DNA from: a virus
DNA length: 64,000 bases
Virus record (IMG/VR): IMGVR_UViG_3300030516_000004
Direction: 5' to 3' (one strand)
Part shown: one piece after another, positions 36,960 through 44,938 of the stretch
Numbering within the stretch: position 1 is the first letter of the stretch
Layout: each line of letters starts with the position of its first letter
The notes under the pieces: generated by a model
Database searches by the model: none
Told to the model about the DNA's origin: nothing
What the model saw: only the letters and a program-made list of their open reading frames with translations
Position numbers and translations under genes: made by a program

Positions 36960-37139
36960 ATGCAACAGACTTTGCTAACTTTATTCGTGGTTCTACTAAT
37001 TCTCATTGCTGTAATGTGTTTAGGGATAGGTATTTACCAATTAGATTATTTTTTCATATTTATAGGGATATGCTTAATTGCAGCGAGCTACCTATTAAAA
37101 CGTGAATTTAAGCTCTATTTTTTCTTTTGGAAGGAATAA
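36960..37139 (+). CDS. 59-aa two-TM membrane peptide, co-transcribed with the acetyltransferase
   Basis: Hand-translated MQQTLLTLFVVLLILIAVMCLGIGIYQLDYFFIFIGICLIAASYLLKREFKLYFFFWKE; AAGGAG 5 nt before ATG; ends before the terminator. Confidence 0.75.
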   Translation: MQQTLLTLFVVLLILIAVMCLGIGIYQLDYFFIFIGICLIAASYLLKREFKLYFFFWKE

Positions 37140-37154
37140 AGCCAAAACCATACA

Positions 37155-37178
37155 GGCCCCTCTACAGGGGCTTTTTTA
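37155..37178 (+). terminator. Terminator closing the acetyltransferase cassette
   Basis: GGCCCCT-ctac-AGGGGCT-T run. Confidence 0.8.
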
Positions 37179-37201
37179 TTGCCGAAATTAGGGGGAACCT
37201 C

Positions 37202-37480
37202 ATGCAAGAGCATGAAAAAACACTTATGACATTGTTAATTGTTGGAGGGCTTATTGGTATGGGTCGTCTATTAGTTTCAAATGAGCCTCTGTCATGGCGC
37301 ATGATCATTGGTCGAACGATTTTAGGCTCTGCCACATCAACAGTTGCAGGCTTAATTCTAATTCAATTCCCTGATATTTCACCGGTTGCCTTAGTCGGTA
37401 TTGCATGTGCTTTAGGTATTTTAGGAAGTACTTACATTGAGGAATACCTTAAAAAGAATATTAATAAGTGGGGTAAGTGA
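37202..37480 (+). CDS. Holin
   Basis: Three hydrophobic segments, basic C-terminus, overlaps the endolysin start; ATG 37202 with ggggg RBS. Confidence 0.85.
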   Translation: MQEHEKTLMTLLIVGGLIGMGRLLVSNEPLSWRMIIGRTILGSATSTVAGLILIQFPDISPVALVGIACALGILGSTYIEEYLKKNINKWGK

Positions 37481-37923
37481 TGAAGACAAGTAATATGGGA
37501 TTAAACCTCATCAAAGGCTTTGAGGGTAAGCGCCTTTCCGCATACGATGATGGTGTGGGCATTTGGACTATTGGTTTTGGCACCATTAAATATCCAAATG
37601 GTATCCGAGTTAAAAAAGGTGATACTTGCACTGAACAACAAGCAGAAAATTATCTAAGAAATGACTTAGCCAAGTTTGAAACAGCTATCAATAAACTTGT
37701 TAAAGTCCCACTTGCTCAGAATCAATTTGATGCTCTAGCGTCTTTTACATATAACCTTGGTGAAACTAATTTAGCTAATTCAACCTTATTGAGGAAACTT
37801 AATAAAGGTGACTATCAAGGCGCTGCTGACCAATTCCTTGTGTGGAATAAGGCGGGCAGCAAAGTTATGAAAGGTCTAGTTCGTCGCCGAGAAGCAGAAC
37901 GTGCACTCTTTTTAAAGAAGTAA
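37477..37923 (+). CDS. Endolysin, GH24 lysozyme
   Basis: E-x8-D-x5-T triad (EGKRLSAYDDGVGIWTIG), GLVRRREAE. Confidence 0.95.
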   Translation: MMKTSNMGLNLIKGFEGKRLSAYDDGVGIWTIGFGTIKYPNGIRVKKGDTCTEQQAENYLRNDLAKFETAINKLVKVPLAQNQFDALASFTYNLGETNLANSTLLRKLNKGDYQGAADQFLVWNKAGSKVMKGLVRRREAERALFLKK

Positions 37924-37928
37924 CTTAT

Positions 37929-38048
37929 ATGTGTAAGCGTACTAAAGTTGCATCGATCATCACATTGCTGTGCTTAATCTTCTCAGGTTGCACAGCTCAC
38001 ACTATTAGTACCTCTGTAAATGTTGGGATATGCGTAAAGGCTTTATAG
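37929..38048 (+). CDS. 39-aa lipoprotein in the spanin position
   Basis: MCKRTKVASIITLLCLIFSGCTAHTISTSVNVGICVKAL; FSGC lipobox. Confidence 0.75.
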   Translation: MCKRTKVASIITLLCLIFSGCTAHTISTSVNVGICVKAL

Positions 38049-38050
38049 GC

Positions 38051-39343
38051 TTATTTATTAATTTTGGGCAAGCCTTCCCAGCTAAAATAATTCTGCGTTA
38101 GTTTGTCTCGAGTCATTGCCCAACCTCTATTGGGCAGCCTACAACTACCTACCGCAATTTTGTGTTTCCCAAACTTCTCGACTACTTGTTCTATGGTAGT
38201 CATTAAATTCTCATCCTTTTCGACCTTATTCCAGTCTGTTAGCAGATCGTAGTTAAAGGTATCTTTAGGCTCCAAGCCTGTCAAAATCACCCCGCATTTT
38301 TTATATTCAATTCCTCTCGCATATAGATGTCTCATTAAAAAAGTGGCTATCTGCACCATCTTCAAAACATTGTCAGTTGGCACACTAACCGGAAGAGACT
38401 GTGATCTATTAAAGAAAGGCCTGTGCTTGTCGAATGGATTTGATTGGGCAAAAACGATAATACAGCCGCACAGCAATCTATCTTTTCTTAACCGGACCAC
38501 GGCATTTTGCATGTAGAGTGAAACAGCTTCTTGTAGGTCGATGAGCTCAGTAACTTTCTGACCGAATGATTTAGAGGAAATGATCTGCTTTTTGCTTGGC
38601 GGTGTATGTTCAATCTCAATGCATGAAATGCCTTGCAGTTCGTAGACTGTACGGGCCATCACAATAGAAAAGTGCTTCTGCATTTCTCTAGGCTCAGTGC
38701 AAGCTAGATCTAGTACAGTATGAATGCCCATGCCATTTAACTTTTTAGTATGCTGCCTTCCAACACCCCAAACCTCTGATACATCTATAGAGGATAGATA
38801 GGACTCTTTATTACAAGGATCCATAGCAACTAAATTACATACACCATCAAATGCTTTATTCTTCTTTGCAATGTGGTTTGCTATTTTTGCCTCAGTCTTT
38901 GATCTGCCTATTCCAATGCAAACTGGAAGGCCAATCCATTGCCATATACGGGCCTTCATATGTTGGCAGTAAGCGGTTAGATCATAATTATTAAAATAGG
39001 CTGTTAGATCTAGAAAGCATTCATCAATAGAGTAGACCTCTTGCTCGCCCTCGGCTACATAGTGCCTTAGAATATTCATAAATCTGCGGCTCATCTCAGC
39101 ATAGACACTATAGTTGCTCGAGAGTACTACTACATTATGTCTTTCTACAATGTCGCGAATCTGAAAGAGGGGAACACCCATCTTGATGCCAAGATCTTTA
39201 GCTTCTTGTGATCTGGCAACTGCACAGCCGTCGTTATTGCTGAGGACAATGACGGGCCGGTTGTTCAGTTCAGGCTGAAAGAATCTCTCACAACTGACAT
39301 AACAGTTGTTGACATCCACTAATGCAAAAATTCGCTCTCTCAT
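38051..39343 (-). CDS. umuC: Y-family translesion polymerase, Pol V UmuC-like
   Basis: ALVDVNNCYVSCE, VVLSNNDGC, YSIDECFLD, UmuC-type C-terminus. Confidence 0.95.
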   Translation of the reverse strand: MRERIFALVDVNNCYVSCERFFQPELNNRPVIVLSNNDGCAVARSQEAKDLGIKMGVPLFQIRDIVERHNVVVLSSNYSVYAEMSRRFMNILRHYVAEGEQEVYSIDECFLDLTAYFNNYDLTAYCQHMKARIWQWIGLPVCIGIGRSKTEAKIANHIAKKNKAFDGVCNLVAMDPCNKESYLSSIDVSEVWGVGRQHTKKLNGMGIHTVLDLACTEPREMQKHFSIVMARTVYELQGISCIEIEHTPPSKKQIISSKSFGQKVTELIDLQEAVSLYMQNAVVRLRKDRLLCGCIIVFAQSNPFDKHRPFFNRSQSLPVSVPTDNVLKMVQIATFLMRHLYARGIEYKKCGVILTGLEPKDTFNYDLLTDWNKVEKDENLMTTIEQVVEKFGKHKIAVGSCRLPNRGWAMTRDKLTQNYFSWEGLPKINK

Positions 39344-39350
39344 GGCTATC

Positions 39351-39405
39351 TTGAAAACGTTACAAATTCAAAATAAATGGTAGAGCTGAGCCTGAATAAA
39401 TTCAA
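39351..39405 (-). promoter_or_regulatory. umuC promoter (TTGAAT-17-TACCAT) with UmuDAb-type SOS box
   Basis: Box TTGAATTTGTAACGTTTTCAA (39351-39371, minus); -10 at 39377-39382; -35 at 39400-39405. Confidence 0.8.
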
Positions 39406-39416
39406 ATTTAAAAAAC

Positions 39417-39425
39417 TGTGGATAA
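39417..39425 (-). promoter_or_regulatory. Perfect DnaA box TTATCCACA
   Basis: Consensus 9-mer within a 16-bp repeat AAAACTGTGGATAAAT. Confidence 0.65.
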
Positions 39426-39545
39426 ATAAGCACTAGTCGTAACTTGTCGCAGGCGATAGTGCATTTGGTCGGAAAATGTACTCAAGAAAAATCTAATCCA
39501 ATTTTTTATTTAGTGATGAGTAAAACAATTTTTGTTGTTGAAAAC

Positions 39546-39554
39546 TGTGGATAA
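39546..39554 (-). promoter_or_regulatory. Perfect DnaA box TTATCCACA
   Basis: Second copy of the same 16-bp repeat. Confidence 0.65.
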
Positions 39555-39562
39555 ATGGCGCA

Positions 39563-39789
39563 TTACGCCAAATCTACGCCAAAATATAGATAAGCTATTG
39601 ATTTTATAAAATGAATTGGTGCGCCCGGCGGGCACTTGACTATAAATAACAACTTCCTAGGTTTTTCTATCTTTTCTTATTATTTCATATAAAACAAACA
39701 AATGCCAAATTGGCTATTAATCTGTACTTCTATTATTTCGTATTTTTTCCTATTATTTCAATTACCACAATTACGCCAGACTTACGCCA
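39563..39789. other. attP: core 39617-39632 (tRNA 3' end CCCGCCGGGCGCACCA, minus strand), arm sites, IHF site
   Basis: TACGCCA tandem arms at 39563/39574 and 39771/39782; IHF consensus AATCAATAGCTTA at 39591-39603; next to int. Confidence 0.8.
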
Positions 39790-39797
39790 GAAAAATT

Positions 39798-40784
39798 ATG
39801 GCTTCTTTTAGACAACGAAACGATACATGGCGAGCCGAGATAAGTGTAAACGGAATTCGCGAAAGTGCAACCTTTGATACAAAAGCGCAGGCTAGGGCTT
39901 GGGCATCCAAACGCGAGACACAATTACGTGAACAATCGCATGGTAAGCTTCCTGACCATTCTTTTTTAGAAGCAATTGAACGCTATCTAAGTGAAGTGAG
40001 TGTTAAAAAGAAAACTCATGAGAATGAAGTTAAGAGAATGGCCTTCTTTAAACGTGAGTATAAAAAGCTTTGTCAAAAGCCATTAGCCAAAGTTACAACG
40101 GACGATTTAGTACAATGGCGTGACTCACGATTGAAAGAAGTGCAGGGCGCTACCGTTAGACGTGAAGCTAATATATTGGCGTCTTTATTTACCGTCGCTC
40201 GAAAAGAATGGAAGTGGATAAGGGAGTCGCCTATGGCAGATTTAACTTTGCCACCTCCTTCTAAGCACCGGGATAGACGAATTGCGCAAGATGAAATTGA
40301 TAGATTATGTCTTGCAGCCAATTGGGATAATAATGTTCCGGTAAACTCAACTCAGCAAATTATTGTTGCTTTCTTATTTGCTATTGAAACTGCAATGCGT
40401 GCAGGAGAGATTGTTGGCTTAACTTGGGATCGAGTCTATTTAAAAGATAGATATCTTGTTTTGACTGAAACAAAGAATGGTACTAAGCGAAATGTACCGT
40501 TATCCAAGCGTGCAGTTGAGTTGCTAACTTTATTAAAAGGTCTGGATAGAAAACGAGTCTTCACTTGTAACACTCAAAGTTTTGATACGCTGTGGCGTAA
40601 GATAAGGGATAGATGCCAAATCACTGATTTACACTTTCATGATACTCGCCATGAAGCATGTACACGCCTTGCAAGGAAATTAGAAGTATTAGACTTGGCT
40701 CGGATGATTGGGCATAAAGATTTAAGAAGTTTAATGATTTACTACAACGCTACTGCAAGCGAAATTGCAACGAGGCTAGATTAG
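39798..40784 (+). CDS. int: Tyrosine integrase
   Basis: TAMRAGE Arg, TKNG Lys, HDTRH, GHKD, IYY Tyr; start ATG 39798. Confidence 0.95.
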   Translation: MASFRQRNDTWRAEISVNGIRESATFDTKAQARAWASKRETQLREQSHGKLPDHSFLEAIERYLSEVSVKKKTHENEVKRMAFFKREYKKLCQKPLAKVTTDDLVQWRDSRLKEVQGATVRREANILASLFTVARKEWKWIRESPMADLTLPPPSKHRDRRIAQDEIDRLCLAANWDNNVPVNSTQQIIVAFLFAIETAMRAGEIVGLTWDRVYLKDRYLVLTETKNGTKRNVPLSKRAVELLTLLKGLDRKRVFTCNTQSFDTLWRKIRDRCQITDLHFHDTRHEACTRLARKLEVLDLARMIGHKDLRSLMIYYNATASEIATRLD

Positions 40785-41050
40785 CCCCGTTTGCGTGGTC
40801 GTCCTCTTTTTGGCTCATCATCAGACTGTTCTCTTAACCAGTTCGATATTTCTGCCAAGTTCCAGCGTCTTCCTTGACCGCACTTAATGACATAGCGCGG
40901 TTTCGGGAAGGTTGGAAGGCAGCAGACTGCCGCCTTGAAGTGAACATCTTTATAGCCTAAAAACTCTGCTGCTTGTAAGTCATTAAGCCATATTTCTGAA
41001 GGTGGTAGTGCTACTACAAAGTTACTACCGATATTTGCAATTGCTGTCAT
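40781..41050 (-). CDS. xis: Excisionase/AlpA-like protein
   Basis: WLNDLQAAEFLG...FPKP...RRWNLAEI winged HTH, convergent on int. Confidence 0.75.
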   Translation of the reverse strand: MTAIANIGSNFVVALPPSEIWLNDLQAAEFLGYKDVHFKAAVCCLPTFPKPRYVIKCGQGRRWNLAEISNWLREQSDDEPKRGRPRKRG

Positions 41051-41051
41051 T

Positions 41052-41402
41052 TCACCCCTCCTTACTTTCCGCTTCTCTTTTTTCAACCTCACGTAAAGCA
41101 CATTTGTGTGCCTGCTCAATCTTAGTTAGATTCATCTTTACCGACACGCCATCGTGATAAATATTAAACAATGGTTGATCAAAGTCTTCATCATGATCAC
41201 ATTCAATTGCCACATGATCAGAATATTGGATTGACTTGCCATCAAACATTACTCGCACACCATTTGGGCAAGCCAATTCATCGTATAGGCCAGCTTGAGC
41301 AATGATTGAAATATTGTTTACGAAAGAATCAATATCTAATGGTGTTGCTGATTGCTGAAAACGATCTATCTCAGCAAGAATTAATTTTGATACTTCACTC
41401 AT
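41052..41402 (-). CDS. Hypothetical protein
   Basis: 116-aa ORF in the leftward operon. Confidence 0.75.
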   Translation of the reverse strand: MSEVSKLILAEIDRFQQSATPLDIDSFVNNISIIAQAGLYDELACPNGVRVMFDGKSIQYSDHVAIECDHDEDFDQPLFNIYHDGVSVKMNLTKIEQAHKCALREVEKREAESKEG

Positions 41403-41701
41403 CCCTCAGCTCCCGATTCGCTTGCTTCAATCATTGCCTTATACCCAGTTTTACTCAGTGTTGACATTGGTGCGACTGAAGAACGTTCGTAAGCTTGGAA
41501 CATTCTTTCCGTAGGCACTTTCGGTACTAAACAGTAACCCTCTGGCACCGCCTGAGCTTTGGATTTTTCTTGTTCTGCATGCAACAGCCAGCCAATGAAC
41601 ATAAAGTACTCACCAGTGGTTTTAAAATCCTTAACATCAAGACCAAATGTATTGAATTCTGTTTGTGCAAAAGCCTCTCTTTCCTTATTCAAATCTTTCA
41701 T
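41399..41701 (-). CDS. Hypothetical protein (VPEGY.LVP..PT..M motif common in phage early genes)
   Basis: 100 aa, ATGA coupling. Confidence 0.75.
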   Translation of the reverse strand: MKDLNKEREAFAQTEFNTFGLDVKDFKTTGEYFMFIGWLLHAEQEKSKAQAVPEGYCLVPKVPTERMFQAYERSSVAPMSTLSKTGYKAMIEASESGAEG

Positions 41702-42309
41702 GCTGCTGCTCCCAAAATCACTTGTTTACGCTTGTCCAGTTCTTCTAAGAATTGATCAACACGGTTATTAATTTCTGTTATTACTTTTTCGTCTCGGTAT
41801 AGGCGCTTTACAAATAACGGCATTGAAGGGCAATAGCTAATGAAATCAATCCATTCACGTTCTGCTGCTGAAATACCGCCCATACATTGGTAGTAATGCT
41901 CTGGTGGTAAAACACCTTCATAAAGGATCTGCGCTTGTAGCTTTGGTAACTTCGATTTAACTTCCGTCAAACCATTTGCACCCACTAAGCCGTCAGGGCT
42001 ATAGCCGAACTTATCACCAATAATGAATCCGCATTTACCAACTTCATTACCCGTCTGCATTTCATAAAGTTCAATAGCCATTGGCTCATGAACATGTCCG
42101 CGCTCTGTATGAAATCCTGAAAAGCTCTCTTTGGGTTCGCCAGTGATCTGCTCGCCAATCAACTCATACATATAAGTGATTGCACCTTTGCCGAATTTCT
42201 CACTACCTTTGCCTTTAGAGAAAACCGCCTCAAGCTCTGAGCAGGTGATTAAACCAGCTCTAGCTTGCAACCAATCAGGCGAACCTTGCTCACAATCAAG
42301 TATTAGCAT
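41698..42309 (-). CDS. YqaJ/lambda-exonuclease family nuclease
   Basis: QGSPDWLQARAG.ITCS, RGH..EP, YSPDGLV..EVK, YYQC motifs. Confidence 0.92.
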   Translation of the reverse strand: MLILDCEQGSPDWLQARAGLITCSELEAVFSKGKGSEKFGKGAITYMYELIGEQITGEPKESFSGFHTERGHVHEPMAIELYEMQTGNEVGKCGFIIGDKFGYSPDGLVGANGLTEVKSKLPKLQAQILYEGVLPPEHYYQCMGGISAAEREWIDFISYCPSMPLFVKRLYRDEKVITEINNRVDQFLEELDKRKQVILGAAA

Positions 42310-43024
42310 TGCCATTTCCTTGTTTGATCAACTTATTCAATGCAGATTGAGCTTTGGTAAATAGAGATTTATTAATGTTCTCAATTGTCCCGAATTGCTC
42401 GAAGAATAGTTGTTGTTGGAACTGGTCAAGACGATCATGCAAGCCTGTTAGCATTTGAATTTGCTCAGGTGTCATTGGGCAGAAAGGCTTCGCTGCAAAG
42501 CCGTTGTCGTCTTCTTTTGCTGTAGTAATATTTAAGATGGCACAAAGGGTGTAGCGCTTACCGTATGTGACACTTGAGCCTAAAGCTTGAACTGCATTTT
42601 TAGATCCTGAGGTATCAGCATTTAATTCCATGCTTGTACTTTCACGATGTCCGTCTTTGTGCATCAAGACACATGTAACCTTTACCTTTGTTGGTTCCGG
42701 ATGCTCAACACGATAAGAAGTAGCAAAACCAAACTTAGAAAGGATAGGGCGCACTACTGCATCAATAGTTTCAAGTGCGGCATATGTAATGTTGTGGCCG
42801 TTTGAAGTCTCTGCAATTACTGGAATTTCAGGAGCCATCATTGCGAAGTCACGGTCAAAAGCCATTTCAGCTTGCTTAGCCATAACACGCTCTTGCATGT
42901 CTAGCATCTTTTCAATGATTGCCATGTCAGGTGTAGAGCTACTTAACACACGCTCAATTAAACCAAAGAGTTGATTATTTTGATCTTGAACCATTGGAAC
43001 TTGTGTATTTACTGGCGCATTCAT
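42296..43024 (-). CDS. erf: ERF-family single-strand annealing protein
   Basis: YAALE.I...VRPIL, QALGSSVTYGKRYTL motif. Confidence 0.9.
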   Translation of the reverse strand: MNAPVNTQVPMVQDQNNQLFGLIERVLSSSTPDMAIIEKMLDMQERVMAKQAEMAFDRDFAMMAPEIPVIAETSNGHNITYAALETIDAVVRPILSKFGFATSYRVEHPEPTKVKVTCVLMHKDGHRESTSMELNADTSGSKNAVQALGSSVTYGKRYTLCAILNITTAKEDDNGFAAKPFCPMTPEQIQMLTGLHDRLDQFQQQLFFEQFGTIENINKSLFTKAQSALNKLIKQGNGNANT

Positions 43025-43033
43025 AATCTTCTC

Positions 43034-43453
43034 CTAATTCTTTTCTACTGGGCGTTTGCGTAATGAGGCTTTCCAGTCGCCTGTATAACCAAAGGTTGGA
43101 GCTGCATCTATTAATCTGCCAAAATCCCAATATCTACCAGTTTTATTCAGCTCTGGCTCAATCTCCCACCAGTCTGCGCGTCCCTCATCTTCATCTTTGG
43201 TCCAGTAATTGGCGTTTTCTGGCGCTTGTGACCAATCAGGTTGAAACTCTAGTAGTTGAACGTTTTGTAATTCCTGCAATGTAAAACTAACTGCTTGTTG
43301 AAGATTTAGATGGCAGATCAAATTGCCATTTTCATCTGCTTTAGCCAAAGTTGTTGTGGCTAAGTTGGCTCCACGCTTTTCGGCAAGCTCGATAAGTTTC
43401 TCAATTACCAGCTTTGCTATAACTGCTATATCTAAAGTTGAATTTTCCATCAC
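43034..43453 (-). CDS. Hypothetical early protein
   Basis: 139 aa; spans the unit junction at 43325/43326 without a break. Confidence 0.8.
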   Translation of the reverse strand: MMENSTLDIAVIAKLVIEKLIELAEKRGANLATTTLAKADENGNLICHLNLQQAVSFTLQELQNVQLLEFQPDWSQAPENANYWTKDEDEGRADWWEIEPELNKTGRYWDFGRLIDAAPTFGYTGDWKASLRKRPVEKN

Positions 43454-43836
43454 CCACCTCTCAACTCTGTAATTTTTTCTTCTCTCGCCAGTTCTTCTAA
43501 ATACTCATTCAACTTTTGAATTTGAGTAGAAGTAAGGGCAAAGGGCATACCTTCAATCGCATCGACATAATCAAAGTCATCGACATGTGGGCGGCTATTT
43601 GAATCAACTGTCATCATTGTGTAGGGAACATCTTTCCAGTCTTGATAATCCAAGCCTTCGCCATATTCGAAAGTGTCATTTTTCTCAATCCCTTTGACAC
43701 TTGCCGCGATGTAGATGTGTTCAGCGTTTGAGATAGATAAAGAGAACTGAACAACGCCATCCTCAACACCTACATTCATCACTTCAAGGCTTGTGAAGAC
43801 TGCTGCATCTAGTACAGGGGTAACGAACATATTCAT
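43450..43836 (-). CDS. Hypothetical protein (copy 2)
   Basis: Copy of 125-511. Confidence 0.8.
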   Translation of the reverse strand: MNMFVTPVLDAAVFTSLEVMNVGVEDGVVQFSLSISNAEHIYIAASVKGIEKNDTFEYGEGLDYQDWKDVPYTMMTVDSNSRPHVDDFDYVDAIEGMPFALTSTQIQKLNEYLEELAREEKITELRGG

Positions 43837-44396
43837 GAGTTGTTACCTCTCAGCTTGTCAGCGAATGCATTGCGTTCTTCGCGAGATTTGAACTCGTATG
43901 TGACTGCAAACACCAAAGCATTGTGTTGAGTTTCTTTGTGTGGTTTAGGCAGCTCTGAATTAACCTTAATGGTGCGTGGAGCTACTCTGAATTTGAAGTT
44001 AGGGAACTTCTCTTGATTCAGAAATACGCCAATATTGCAATTAAGAGCTGTATCCCAATGTTCTTCGCCACCATCACCTGAATACTGAACATTCTCACCA
44101 GCTAAAAGAGCTTTATGTGCCTCAGCCCCGCTAATCAAGCCTTGGTCTTTTTTGATCTTGGGTGTTGCAAGTACACGAAGTTCAGCCAAAGTCAGTTCTT
44201 CACCTTCACACTTATAAAACTCTGTTAAAGAAACCCCATAATAGATATCCTTTTCTTGAGTAAATAAATATGGAATAGACTCTCTTAAAAACTCACGTTT
44301 ATTTGACCATTTCCAATGAAACCCAAGCTCAAAAAACAACTCCTGAGCCTCTTTGCTCTCAGCTTCATCTTTAACTTTGATTTTGTAGTTATCCAT
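43833..44396 (-). CDS. Hypothetical protein (copy 2)
   Basis: Copy of 508-1071. Confidence 0.8.
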   Translation of the reverse strand: MDNYKIKVKDEAESKEAQELFFELGFHWKWSNKREFLRESIPYLFTQEKDIYYGVSLTEFYKCEGEELTLAELRVLATPKIKKDQGLISGAEAHKALLAGENVQYSGDGGEEHWDTALNCNIGVFLNQEKFPNFKFRVAPRTIKVNSELPKPHKETQHNALVFAVTYEFKSREERNAFADKLRGNNS

Positions 44397-44407
44397 GAGA
44401 GGGCTCC

Positions 44408-44938
44408 TTAATGAAAATCTACTGCGCCATCGTCTGAAGCAAATTCAAATGCTGTCATCCAATCGCAATATGATTCATAAAAGTGGTAATCAAGTTCTTT
44501 AGCTTTCTCATCAAACTGTTTGAAATCAGCCAAGAGTTTCTTGCTGTAAGTTGTGCCTATAACACCTTCACAATCACTAAAATTAATTAGTTCCCAGAAA
44601 GGCCCAGACTCTGCTTTCCAAGCGCCATTTGAGTGGTTATGTCTATTACCTTCACCTTCAAGTGCAGGGTATCCAGCAAGTTTTGCTAGTTGTTCTCTAA
44701 AGTTGTTGTATCCAGAGTAAGAGCCGGCTCTAAACCAATAAGAGTCCTCAAAGGTGTAGTAACCAGTGTCATTAATATCTTTTGCATGTTTTGGGAAGTG
44801 GCCATTCAAGTACGGTTGGAAGTAGTCATCCTCATGCACAACACGACCTGTTTCATCATTCGTTACAACATCATTAGTTTCGTTATAAGTGCCATCAAAT
44901 TGGCTAAGCTTCTTATAAGCTGTGCAACTTAAGCCCAT
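44408..44938 (-). CDS. Hypothetical protein (copy 2)
   Basis: Copy of 1083-1613. Confidence 0.8.
   Translation of the reverse strand: MGLSCTAYKKLSQFDGTYNETNDVVTNDETGRVVHEDDYFQPYLNGHFPKHAKDINDTGYYTFEDSYWFRAGSYSGYNNFREQLAKLAGYPALEGEGNRHNHSNGAWKAESGPFWELINFSDCEGVIGTTYSKKLLADFKQFDEKAKELDYHFYESYCDWMTAFEFASDDGAVDFH

Larger units (their letters stand above)
1..43325. mobile_element. Complete temperate lambdoid siphovirus genome (one unit), probably Acinetobacter-infecting, in attP-joined form
   Basis: Integrase, cI/cro, replication, Q, terminase, portal, capsid, tail, tape measure and lysis modules all present; the sequence restarts at 43326. Confidence 0.95.

Noticed and set aside
36854-37105. 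83-aa ORF overlapping the acetyltransferase end
   Set aside because: Out-of-frame overlap without an RBS; the 36960-37139 frame has a strong RBS and a coherent TM product.
39617-39632. tRNA gene next to the integrase
   Set aside because: Only the last 16 nt are present, with no D, anticodon or intact T arm; this is the att core.
39702-39797. N-terminal extension of integrase from the ORF track
   Set aside because: It runs across attP arm sites and low-complexity AT sequence; ATG 39798 gives a typical integrase N-terminus. Similar over-extensions were trimmed at 2807, 3836, 9473, 16833 and 37127.
1-43325. Phage-plasmid lifestyle to explain the circular form
   Set aside because: No parA/parB, plasmid Rep or protelomerase seen; integrase and attP are intact.
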